Shown: positions 25,801-32,835 of the stretch, piece after piece
Layout: every line of letters starts with the position of its first letter
Numbering within the stretch: the first letter of the stretch is position 1
Assembly (NCBI GenBank): GCA_029907305.1
Contig: JARYMC010000001.1
Location: 1-38,526, forward strand
Direction of reading: 5' to 3'
Source of the DNA: Thermoplasmatota archaeon
GTDB lineage: Archaea > Thermoplasmatota > E2 > DHVEG-1
DNA: 38,526 nucleotides
Made by a program: the position numbers and the translations under genes
Notes under the pieces: model-generated
Seen by the model: only the letters and a program-made list of their open reading frames with translations
Told to the model about the DNA's origin: nothing
Database searches by the model: none

Positions 25801-26041
25801 TGTAACTTATGATATATACCTTTGGAACAGCATAAATCCACCACCATCTAAACCTATTGGTTCCATACTCGAAGTCCCAGGAGACGAGATACGGCAAGTA
25901 TATAGGCCCGGATCACTGATGCAAGGAACCATCTATTATTGGTATATCAAAGCTACAGATAGTCATGGTTTACAAACAGTTGGGCCGATATGGAAGTTTA
26001 CCACCACTCCCTCTGACTCTGGAGGGAAAGGTATAGGGTAG
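22889..26041 (+). CDS. Giant pilin-like adhesin: class III signal peptide, Hint domain, PKD domain, five FN3-like modules
   Basis: The ATG at 22889 is preceded by 'ggag'. The track ORF starts at the GTG at 22874. N-terminus is 'EKGVSQVLESLIAIGISVLLLLIFFI'. PKD segment is 'FDASESYDPDGRIVEYKWDFGDD'. FN3-like modules follow the pattern 'P.NP.P..G.....LSW.GGDPD...V.YDIY......YYWKI.ATD....'. Confidence 0.8.
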   Translation: MKRYRKHLINDEKGVSQVLESLIAIGISVLLLLIFFITANNIFVAHDKPSIDMEAKCIAIMETLLSSPGQGNEYESNWENNPEKLSSLGLATSPTIAYGSFHMNDKGQITELYKKPFYDSSIGIAKTCFLAGTKIVMADESYKNIEDIIVGDMVLSYDLETGEITDGKVTHVLHHKPGEMGDYYLVINGFLKVTPNHQIYSNGRWVYASELKTGDPLFYPSRDYKVESIEKVYEKMPTYDFEVDVSHCYFVAMDTTDVLVHNPPLYNVPPIAKFTWFDIDGLNSETTIFFDASESYDPDGRIVEYKWDFGDDESTTSDKPTASHTFYDSSMYMVSLTVTDNESANNTYTCAVQANTLSLPDIEQAPWVLTGKNIYSYNNDQTLSPCDENYYVEYKNLGNNNYSFEIKEKNSLYTIIDYDKITNLSKIGYWGAKLILGLNEISNVLYSFNITIISYSGGTTYYYGPTWENANAMVSNSRDVLIYHKPEVNKSDITDITPPYYENGKIILRFFIGGPPPNRPPNTPSNPSPVNGTTKVLITADLSWGCSDPDDDLLTYDVYFGNTPNPPRVSRGQPSTIYDPGLLNENEWYYWMIVARDQYGASTAGPVWSFKTTYVSGIHPPPYTPSNPNPAKGSTGVYIDDDLSWDGGDPESGDEVKYDIYFGTNPSPPHIGTARWPGSQRRITYPLGTMEYNTTYYWKIVATDNYDNTEEGPIWRFTTRKNDPFMPNNPSPADDSNVNPLKTTQLSWYGGDPDGPDDTVTYDIYLWNSINPPPPEPIGFIKISGGWYDPITYDLPEPLGYNKTYYWKIIATDTHSNSAESPIWNFTTYDPCMPRNPFPVNESINIDVEVQLEWDGGDPDGPDDTVTYDIYLWNSINPPPPEPIGFIKISGGWYDPITYDLPEPLGYNKTYYWKIIATDTHSNSAESPIWNFTTYDPCMPRNPFPVNESINIDVKVQLEWDGGDPDGPEDTVTYDIYLWNSINPPPSKPIGSILEVPGDEIRQVYRPGSLMQGTIYYWYIKATDSHGLQTVGPIWKFTTTPSDSGGKGIG
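23270..23674 (+). other. Hint (Hedgehog/intein-like) domain, copy 2, 135 aa
   Basis: 'CFLAGTKIVMADESY...VTPNHQI...TTDVLVHN', followed by Pro-Pro (23675-). Shares identical nucleotide runs of up to 31 nt with copy 1. Confidence 0.75.
23693..23953 (+). other. PKD domain
   Basis: 'PPIAKFTWFDIDGLNSETTIFFDASESYDPDGRIVEYKWDFGDDESTTSDKPTASHTFYDSSMYMVSLTVTDNESANNT'. Confidence 0.75.
24458..26006 (+). repeat. Five tandem FN3-like protein modules (~88-106 aa each)
   Basis: Module starts are PSNPSPVNGTT, PSNPNPAKGST, PNNPSPADDSN, PRNPFPVNESI and PRNPFPVNESI. Each ends with 'GP[IV]W.F.T'. Confidence 0.8.
25141..25866 (+). repeat. 318-bp tandem direct repeat, 2 full copies plus ~90 bp of a third
   Basis: 25141-25458 and 25459-25776 differ at only 2 positions (g/a in 'gttgaagtg' vs 'gttaaagtg', c/t in 'gggacgg' vs 'gggatgg'). 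The third copy diverges after ~25866. The period is 106 codons, so the repeat is in frame. Confidence 0.9.
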
Positions 26042-26146
26042 TTATAGTTGGGGATTAGAAAACAGTTCACAAAAAGATGAACAAATAATTTAGAGATAAA
26101 ACCTATATAAAGCCTATTTTTTATTCAACATTATATTGGTTTTACC

Positions 26147-26473
26147 ATGCCAAGAAGAATTATAAAGGATAAGAAAACACAAAAAACAATAGCTAGGAGC
26201 AGAATCAACCATTTATTCATACTTGCAGAGAAATATGCACTATCAGGCAGATTAAACCTAGCAAACAGATACGTAGACCTAGCACGTAAAATATCAATGC
26301 GATATCTTGTACCAATACCAAAAGAATTCAAACGCTGTTTCTGCAAACATTGTTATCAATATATGCTACCAAATGTTACATGCAGGGTAAGGATCCATAG
26401 GGGTAAACTGATTACTTTTTGTAACCATTGTAAAAAATACACTAGACACCTGCTAAAAAACACCATAAAATAG
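26147..26473 (+). CDS. RNase P protein component 4 (Rpr2/Rpp21 family)
   Basis: 'RINHLFILAEKYALSGRLNLANRYVDLARKISMRY' plus the zinc ribbon 'CKHCYQYMLPNVTCRVRI...CNHCKKYTR'. A TATA-like 'ctatataaa' sits at 26103-26111. Confidence 0.8.
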   Translation: MPRRIIKDKKTQKTIARSRINHLFILAEKYALSGRLNLANRYVDLARKISMRYLVPIPKEFKRCFCKHCYQYMLPNVTCRVRIHRGKLITFCNHCKKYTRHLLKNTIK

Positions 26474-26524
26474 TTTATCCACAACACCAAACCACACATA
26501 TAGGTATTGGTTTTTTTCCAACTA

Positions 26525-26760
26525 TGTTCAAAAACCAGTACCCATATCAGATACAAACCCCTCTCGCAGTTCTGTTCAAAAATCGAGACCTGTTTTTCTC
26601 CTTGTATTTAAAAGCTTGTTCAAAATCCGTGACCCGGTTTTTGTTCAAAACTTGGTACCTATACCCCCAGTTTTTTTTTGTTCAAAACTTGGTACCTATG
26701 CGCCTAGTTTTTTTTGTTCAAAACCCATAATCTACTCTCGCCCAAAATCCATGACCACAT
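26525..26760 (+). repeat. Irregularly spaced direct-repeat array, ~7 copies of GTTCAAAA-N3-4-G(T/A)(G/A)(A/C)CC
   Basis: Copies start at 26526 (gttcaaaaaccagtaccc), 26574 (gttcaaaaatcgagacc), 26618 (gttcaaaatccgtgaccc), 26643 and 26680 (gttcaaaacttggtaccta), 26716 (gttcaaaacccataatc), plus a degenerate 26743 (caaaatccatgacca). Spacing is 25-48 bp, and several units end in T-runs. Confidence 0.6.
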
Positions 26761-26944
26761 TCTAGGGTCTGTCTAATGAGTTGTTCTAATACTTAGATGG
26801 TAGATGGTTTGAATGGAATCAACAAAAAAATGCTGATGCAGAGAAAATCTAGTAAAAGGAGGTTACCCATCTAATTGAGAATAATGCTTAAATTATTTAG
26901 ACAAAACTTGAAAATAATTATAAGACAAAACAGAATTAATAGAA

Positions 26945-26952
26945 TTTATATA
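26945..26952 (+). promoter_or_regulatory. TATA-box candidate for rps19e
   Basis: 'tttatata' lies ~42-60 nt upstream of the candidate start codons (26994/27012). Confidence 0.3.
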
Positions 26953-26993
26953 CCCTATCATTTATTACCGTTACCCAAATTTCATCCTTACAT

Positions 26994-27464
26994 ATGGGAG
27001 TAGCAATTACTATGACAACAGTATATGATGTACCAGCTAAGGATTTAATAGATACTGTAGCAAAAAAACTACGTGAAGAAAAAACCATTGTTCCACCAGA
27101 GGGCTGCAGCTACTGGAGGACAGGTGTAGACAAAGAAAAACCACCAGAAAACAGAGACTGGTGGTACACGAGATGCGCTAGTGTACTACGTAAACTATAC
27201 ATAACAGATGCGATAGGTGTAGAGCGTCTCAGAGCAGAATATGGTGGCAATAGGGATCGTAGAACAAAACCAAATAGGGTGAGAAAAGCAAGCGGGGCCA
27301 TTGTTAGGAGAGCGCTGCAGCAGCTTGAACAAGCAGGTTATGTGACAAAGGTTAGGGGCAAAGGCCGTGTGTTGACACCAAAAGGTAGATCCTTTCTGGA
27401 TAAAACATCATATGAGGTGTTGCAAAACATACAGGAAAACTATCCTGGTTTAAAAAAATATTAA
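26994..27464 (+). CDS. rps19e: 30S ribosomal protein S19e
   Basis: 'TVYDVPAKDLIDTVAKKLRE...WWYTRCASVLRKLY...GVERLRAEYGG...ASGAIVRRALQQLEQAGYV'. The start may be the ATG at 27012. Confidence 0.9.
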   Translation: MGVAITMTTVYDVPAKDLIDTVAKKLREEKTIVPPEGCSYWRTGVDKEKPPENRDWWYTRCASVLRKLYITDAIGVERLRAEYGGNRDRRTKPNRVRKASGAIVRRALQQLEQAGYVTKVRGKGRVLTPKGRSFLDKTSYEVLQNIQENYPGLKKY

Positions 27465-27478
27465 TATAACTAGGTTTT

Positions 27479-27814
27479 ATGGATGAAGATTTAGAGAACC
27501 TTAGGAAAAAAAGGTTGCAGGAGTTACAGCAGCAGATAGCGATGCAGGGTGCATTAGAGGAACAGGAGGCGCAAAGAGAAGAGCTTGAGCAACAGAAAAA
27601 GATTATAATGAGGGCTATACTAACACCACAGGCTAGAGAGAGACTTGGTAGAATCAAGGTTGCGCGCCCTGATGTTGCTGAGGCTATAGAAAACCAGTTG
27701 ATAATATTGGCTCAAGAAGGTAGACTAAGAAACAAGATAGATGATGATCAGTTGGTGATGCTGCTTTCGAAAATAATGCCAAAGAAAAAAGATATAACTA
27801 TAAAGAGAAGGTAG
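27479..27814 (+). CDS. PDCD5/TFAR19-family dsDNA-binding protein
   Basis: 'LRKKRLQELQQQ...ILTPQARERLGRIKVARPDVAEAIENQLIILAQEGRL..KIDDDQL'. Occupies the conserved archaeal position between S19e and L39e. Confidence 0.8.
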   Translation: MDEDLENLRKKRLQELQQQIAMQGALEEQEAQREELEQQKKIIMRAILTPQARERLGRIKVARPDVAEAIENQLIILAQEGRLRNKIDDDQLVMLLSKIMPKKKDITIKRR

Positions 27815-27822
27815 GATAACGT

Positions 27823-27981
27823 ATGTCGTCACATAAATCATTTGGTAGAAAAAACCGTCTTAATAAGGCGGTGAAAAGTAACAGGCGTGTACCAGCTTGG
27901 ATTATGATTAAAACCAACCGTAGGTTTACTCGTCATCCTAAGACGCGTAACTGGCGGAGAAATAAACTGAAGAGAGCGTAG
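27823..27981 (+). CDS. rpl39e: 50S ribosomal protein L39e
   Basis: Not in the ORF track (52 aa). My translation is [52 protein letters not shown]. Confidence 0.9.
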   Translation: MSSHKSFGRKNRLNKAVKSNRRVPAWIMIKTNRRFTRHPKTRNWRRNKLKRA

Positions 27982-27987
27982 TTGTTT

Positions 27988-28611
27988 ATGGCAGAAGAAA
28001 TAGAGAGAATATATGTTATACCTTTGAAGAAAAACAACTACAGGTCATCTGTGGCTGCACCATATGCTGTGAAAAAAGTTAAAAGTTTTTTGACTAGACA
28101 TATGAAGGTTGAAAACGATAAGGTTTGGATTGATGATTCTTTGAACAATGCTTTGTGGTCAAGGGGTAAATTCCATATACCAACGAAGATACGTGTCAAA
28201 GCAGTTAAATTCGATGATGGTGTAGTGGAGGCTTATCTACCTGAGCTTGAGTTTAAGAAATCCAGGCGGGAAATATTGAAGGAAGAAAAAGCGAAAAAAG
28301 AACCTATACTGAAGAAAGAGAAACCAGAGGAAGAGAAACCTGCTGAGGGTGAGGAGAAGATTGAGATCGCTCCTACTGTTGGTGGAGATGTTAAGATAAA
28401 GAAAAAGAAGGTTCGTGAGAAAAAAGAGAAGCCTGTGAAAGAAGAAAAACCTGTGGTCAAAGAAAAAACCGTTGAGGAAAAAACAGTTGAGGAGAAACCT
28501 GAGGAGAAAAAAGTTGAACCTAAGAGTAAAAAGAAGAGTTCTTCTAAACCTAAGGCTAAGGCAGCTAAGACCACAAAGAAGGGTAAGGGTGCTAAGAAGA
28601 AAAGTGAATAA
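27988..28611 (+). CDS. rpl31e: 50S ribosomal protein L31e with a ~110-aa Lys/Glu-rich C-terminal extension
   Basis: Core is 'ERIYVIPLKK......APYAVKKVKSFLTRHMK...VWIDDSLNNALWSRG...PTKIRVKA'. The tail is 'KEEKAKKEPILKKEKPEEEKP...KKGKGAKKKSE'. The ATG at 27988 is preferred over the TTG at 27982. Confidence 0.85.
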   Translation: MAEEIERIYVIPLKKNNYRSSVAAPYAVKKVKSFLTRHMKVENDKVWIDDSLNNALWSRGKFHIPTKIRVKAVKFDDGVVEAYLPELEFKKSRREILKEEKAKKEPILKKEKPEEEKPAEGEEKIEIAPTVGGDVKIKKKKVREKKEKPVKEEKPVVKEKTVEEKTVEEKPEEKKVEPKSKKKSSSKPKAKAAKTTKKGKGAKKKSE

Positions 28612-28614
28612 CGC

Positions 28615-29280
28615 ATGCTTCAGTTGTTGGATTTCAACGAGAACCCTAACTTGGGTGTTTTTTGTAGAGCAAATGATGATGTGATATTTTTACGTAAAGG
28701 TTTGTCAAAAAGGGTTAAAAAAATCATAGTTGAGACCCTGGGTGTAAAGATTGTTGAGCTTAGTATAGCTGATGCTAGCATAATTGGTTCCCTTCTTGTT
28801 TTCAACTCAAAGGGTGCTGTTGTAACTGATTTTGTTGACAGAGAGAGCATAAAGCTTATTGAGAAACAGGGTTTTGATGTTTGTGTTATAGATGATAAAC
28901 TTAATGCTGTTGGGAATGATATACTTGTCAGCGACAAAGGCGCTCTGGTTCATCCTGAGATGAAGGATGAGAGCATAAAAAACATGGAGAAGGTTTTTGA
29001 TGTACCTGTGTATAGAGGTAGTATTGGTTCTTTGAAGACTGTTGGTATGGCAGCTGTTGTGACAAAAAAGGGTATGCTTTGTCACCCTAAGGTTACTGAT
29101 GAGGAAAAGTTTGTTTTAGAGAAGGTTTTTGATGTTAATGTTATGACTGGGACTGTTAACCATGGTACCCCGCTTATTGGTAGTGGTCTTGTAGCCAACT
29201 CCAGGGGTGCTATTATAGGTAGTCTAACCACTGGTATCGAAATGGGTAGGATAGAGGAAGCACTAGGTTTTCTGGGGTAA
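28615..29280 (+). CDS. eif6: Translation initiation factor 6 (aIF6)
   Basis: 221 aa, five-fold pseudo-repeat pattern ('NPNLGVFCRANDDV', 'SIIGSLLVFNSKGAVV', 'NAVGNDILVSDKGALVHP', 'GSLKTVGMAAVVTKKGMLCHP', 'TPLIGSGLVANSRGAIIG'). Confidence 0.9.
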   Translation: MLQLLDFNENPNLGVFCRANDDVIFLRKGLSKRVKKIIVETLGVKIVELSIADASIIGSLLVFNSKGAVVTDFVDRESIKLIEKQGFDVCVIDDKLNAVGNDILVSDKGALVHPEMKDESIKNMEKVFDVPVYRGSIGSLKTVGMAAVVTKKGMLCHPKVTDEEKFVLEKVFDVNVMTGTVNHGTPLIGSGLVANSRGAIIGSLTTGIEMGRIEEALGFLG

Positions 29281-29385
29281 AAAAACCGATAAATTTTATA
29301 TTATTTTATTATATTTACTAAAAGAAAAAATATATAAACTACTTATATATTATACGATTTGTAAAATAATAATTGAGTATGGTTG

Positions 29386-29772
29386 ATGAATATGGAAAAT
29401 AACAAAAACATCAGAATAACACCACAAGATGACAAGGTAATAAAAATATTCACAGAACTAGGTATGCCAAAAAACCTTGCTAAGATTTTAATGTACATCT
29501 CACAGGTTGATGAATGCCGTTCCGCTGACGTAGAACAAGGAACAAAACTTAGGCAACCAGAGGTAAGCGTTGTTATGCAGCAGCTAATGAAAAAAGGCTG
29601 GGTTAAAAAACGAGACCTCAGGAAAAAAGGAAAAGGCAGACCCATACATATCTACAAACTAACATACCCACTTGGATCAATAATAGAAAACTTTGAAAAA
29701 GAGAAAATGCTGGAGATAAAGAAAATAAAAAACGACATAGCAGAGTTAAAGAACATTGTAAAAAACATATAA
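29386..29772 (+). CDS. Winged-helix transcriptional regulator (ArsR/TrmB-like)
   Basis: 'IFTELGMPKNLAKILMYISQVDECRSADVEQGTKLRQPEVSVVMQQLMKKGWVKKRDLRKKGKGRPIHIYKL'. Confidence 0.6.
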   Translation: MNMENNKNIRITPQDDKVIKIFTELGMPKNLAKILMYISQVDECRSADVEQGTKLRQPEVSVVMQQLMKKGWVKKRDLRKKGKGRPIHIYKLTYPLGSIIENFEKEKMLEIKKIKNDIAELKNIVKNI

Positions 29773-29824
29773 ACAATATAGAATACTACAAATACTAGAT
29801 GTCTTGTATTCAAAAAAAAAAAAC

Positions 29825-29875
29825 AAAAAATTTTTTTTATAAAAACCTTTTTTTTAGGTAAAAAAACTTTTTTTT
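29825..29875. terminator. Cluster of three A-tract/T-tract palindromes
   Basis: 'aaaaaatttttttt', 'aaaaacctttttttt' and 'aaaaaaactttttttt' lie downstream of the regulator gene. Confidence 0.3.
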
Positions 29876-29892
29876 CTAAATAGAAAGCAACG

Positions 29893-29900
29893 TTTATAAG
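29893..29900 (+). promoter_or_regulatory. TATA-box candidate for valS
   Basis: 'tttataag' ends 41 nt upstream of the ATG at 29941. Confidence 0.3.
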
Positions 29901-29940
29901 TAATAATCTAGTTTGACCTCCACAAAACCATTAGGGTAAC

Positions 29941-32673
29941 ATGGAGAGTAGAATGGCTAATTACAACCAGAAAAAAATCGAGGAAAAATGGCAGAAGAAA
30001 TGGCAGGAGATGAAGATACATCATTTCGACCCAGCTAGTGATAAACCTGTCTATAGTATAGATGTACCACCACGTTATGCATCAGGGCCGCTACACGCAG
30101 GTCATGCTGTACACTACACGCATATTGATTTCGCTGCGCGTTATAAACGTATGCGGGGGTACAATGTTTTCTTCCCACTCTGTTTTGATGTAAATGGTAT
30201 ACCTATCGAGGAGCGTGTTGAGAGGCAACTTAACATTACACGTAAAGACATTGATAGGCATGAGTTCACAAAACTGTGTTCAGAGTTTGCTGAAAAAAAC
30301 ATAAAAACCATGACAGACCAGTTCACAATACTTGGTGAGAGCATGGATCCTACAATTTATTATCAGACAAACGCTGAGTACTACAGGCGCCTAACACAAA
30401 TCTCTTTCATCGAGTTGTACAAAAAAGGCTATATCTATAAGGGTGAGTTCCCAGTTAACTGGTGCCCTAGGTGTATGACAGCAATGGCTGATGCAGAAGT
30501 AACATACAACAACAGGACAACTAAACTGAACACAGTAAAGTTTTATTTCACAGAGAATCAACCAGAGCAGATACTGAAATACAGAAACATTGGCAGAGAC
30601 AAAAAAGGAGTGTATGTCGAGATTGCTACAACAAGACCTGAGATGCTACCATCATGCCAGATCGTAGCTGTGCACCCAACAGATGAAAGAGCACCATGGC
30701 TTGTTGACAAAACACTAGAAGTACCCTTATTTGGTAAAAAAGTCAAGATCGTTGAGGATGATGCTGTCGACCCTGAGTTCGGCTCAGGTGTGGTAATGGT
30801 CTGCACAGTCGGTGACAAAGAAGACCTCAAATGGGTTTTCAAATACAAGCTACCACTTGAGATGAGCATAGACGAAGAAGGACGAATGACACAGATATGC
30901 GGTAAATACAAGGGTATGAAAATAGAGGAAGCAAGAAAAGCAGTTATAGAGGATCTAAAGAAAAAAGATATTCTAATCAAACAAGAGCCTCTTGAGCAGA
31001 ACGTTGGTGTATGCTGGCGATGCAAAACACCAGTAGAGTTCATAAACGCTAAACAATGGTTTCTGAAAACCATACAATTCAAACAAACTGTGCTAGACGC
31101 AAGCAACAAAATGAGATGGTACCCAGAGTTCATGAAAATAAGATTAGAAGACTGGGTGAAATCCCTTGAGTGGGACTGGGTTATATCAAGACAGAGGTAC
31201 TTTGCTACACCAATACCACTATGGGAATGCGAGAAATGTGAACACGTTGTTTTAGCTAGAATAGAGGACTGCTACATAGACCCAACAAAAGACAAACCAC
31301 CTGTGGAAAAATGCCCGAAATGCGGCGGTAAACTAAAAGGATGCGAGGATGTTTTTGACACATGGATGGACTCATCCATATCACCATTATATAACACCTA
31401 TTGGTATAGAGATGAAGAGAAATTCAAAAAACTATACCCTATGTCACTCCGCCCACAAGCACATGACATAATCAGGACATGGGCTTTCTACACGATACTG
31501 AGATGCACACTGTTAACAGACAAAGAACCATTTGAAAACATAATGATGGGAGGCTTCATACTATCAGAAGATGGTACACCAATGCATGCAAGCCTAGGAA
31601 ACGTGATAGACCCCCTGGATGTGATAAAAGAATACGGCTCCGATGCCTTTAGATGCTACGCAGCAAGCTGCGCACTAGGAGAAGACAACCCATTTAGATA
31701 CAAGGATGTGATAAGAGGAACAAGGCTACTACGTAAACTATGGAACGTAGAAAACTTCATATCAAACATAACAAAAAAAGGTAAACCAAAAAAAACAGAG
31801 CTCATAGACATCGACAGATGGATATTAACAAAATACAGTAAACTAGTAAAAAAATGTACAGAACAAATGGATGCTTTCAACTACTCACAGGCGATGAAAG
31901 AAACAGAGTACTTCCTATGGCATGAACTAGCTGACCACTACATAGAGATGGTTAAATCACCATTGTACAAAAAAGAAAACACAGAGAGCATAAAATACAC
32001 ACTATACACACTAGGTTTAGGGATCCTGAAACTTTTCGCACCATTCTTCCCACACATAACAGAAGAGATATACCAGCAGCATTACAAAAAAAATGAGGGA
32101 TTCGAGAGCATACATATATCACCATGGCCTGAACCATTATTCATCGATGAGGAAAAAGAAAAAGCAGGAGAAACCATCAAAGACTATATATCAAAGATGA
32201 GGTCCTGGAAAAGCGAAAAAGGCATAGCACTAAACGCACCACTGGAAGCATACGCAACATACTCAGACAAATCATTTATAGAGAAACTAAAAACAAGTAG
32301 CCCAATAATAAAATCAACATTAAACCTACCAGATGAACACGAGTTCATAGCTGGGAAACCAGACACACAAGATAGGATAACAGCTGTGAAACCAGTTTAC
32401 TCAAAGATAGGGCCATTGTTCAAAAAAGACAGCAAAAAGATAAATGAATGGATAACAACACACCAAAAAGAGTTAATCAAAAAAATAGAGGAAAAAGGTG
32501 ACATAAAATGGTCAGATATACCTACATTAGAAAACAGTGTACCTGATGAGTATTTAATAAAAAATGGTTACTTGGAAGTTAAGAAAGAGGCTTTGCTAAA
32601 GGGTAAAAAAGATAGGGTTATATTAAAGTTGGATGATTTCTACATAGAAGTCTCAGGGAGGTACGTAAAATGA
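29941..32673 (+). CDS. valS: Valyl-tRNA synthetase
   Basis: 'YSIDVPPRYASGPLHAGHAVHYTHIDFAARYKRMRGYNVFFPLCFDVNGIPIE', 'PVNWCPRCMTAMADAEV', 'EIATTRPEMLPSCQIVAVHP', 'WVISRQRYFATPIP'. The KMSKS position reads 'PMHASLGNVIDP'. Confidence 0.85.
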   Translation: MESRMANYNQKKIEEKWQKKWQEMKIHHFDPASDKPVYSIDVPPRYASGPLHAGHAVHYTHIDFAARYKRMRGYNVFFPLCFDVNGIPIEERVERQLNITRKDIDRHEFTKLCSEFAEKNIKTMTDQFTILGESMDPTIYYQTNAEYYRRLTQISFIELYKKGYIYKGEFPVNWCPRCMTAMADAEVTYNNRTTKLNTVKFYFTENQPEQILKYRNIGRDKKGVYVEIATTRPEMLPSCQIVAVHPTDERAPWLVDKTLEVPLFGKKVKIVEDDAVDPEFGSGVVMVCTVGDKEDLKWVFKYKLPLEMSIDEEGRMTQICGKYKGMKIEEARKAVIEDLKKKDILIKQEPLEQNVGVCWRCKTPVEFINAKQWFLKTIQFKQTVLDASNKMRWYPEFMKIRLEDWVKSLEWDWVISRQRYFATPIPLWECEKCEHVVLARIEDCYIDPTKDKPPVEKCPKCGGKLKGCEDVFDTWMDSSISPLYNTYWYRDEEKFKKLYPMSLRPQAHDIIRTWAFYTILRCTLLTDKEPFENIMMGGFILSEDGTPMHASLGNVIDPLDVIKEYGSDAFRCYAASCALGEDNPFRYKDVIRGTRLLRKLWNVENFISNITKKGKPKKTELIDIDRWILTKYSKLVKKCTEQMDAFNYSQAMKETEYFLWHELADHYIEMVKSPLYKKENTESIKYTLYTLGLGILKLFAPFFPHITEEIYQQHYKKNEGFESIHISPWPEPLFIDEEKEKAGETIKDYISKMRSWKSEKGIALNAPLEAYATYSDKSFIEKLKTSSPIIKSTLNLPDEHEFIAGKPDTQDRITAVKPVYSKIGPLFKKDSKKINEWITTHQKELIKKIEEKGDIKWSDIPTLENSVPDEYLIKNGYLEVKKEALLKGKKDRVILKLDDFYIEVSGRYVK

Positions 32674-32771
32674 AGAAAGGGACACTGAAATCATGGCTTT
32701 TTAAAATCTTTGTGCTACTAATAGTATTTTTTATGATCGCAGCAGGATTTGTAGTAATCTTTTGGAAATAA
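32670..32771 (+). CDS. Possible 33-aa single-TM micro-protein overlapping the valS stop (ATGA)
   Basis: My translation is MKKGTLKSWLFKIFVLLIVFFMIAAGFVVIFWK. The 4-nt ATGA overlap suggests translational coupling. No homology evidence. Confidence 0.25.
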   Translation: MKKGTLKSWLFKIFVLLIVFFMIAAGFVVIFWK

Positions 32772-32835
32772 AAACTTGATTTTCTCGATAGTTTTTTAAA
32801 TAAGATTTTAATTCAACGGTTCGGAGGCTATATTT

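Noticed and set aside
26524-26730. 68-aa ORF (MFKNQYPYQ...FVQNP)
   Set aside because: Its periodic 'FKN/FVQN' peptides simply mirror the GTTCAAAA DNA repeats. It has no plausible start context or protein family.
26525-26760. Possible CRISPR array, suggested by the repeated GTTCAAAA... units
   Set aside because: The conserved unit is only ~17-18 nt and spacing is irregular (25-48 bp). Two units abut without a spacer, and no cas genes or leader are nearby. It does not fit CRISPR architecture.
28233-28684. Alternative-frame and antisense ORFs (28233-28616 minus, 28472-28684 plus) over the L31e tail
   Set aside because: They are artefacts of the purine-rich Lys/Glu-coding repeat. The L31e frame is continuous with a recognisable core.
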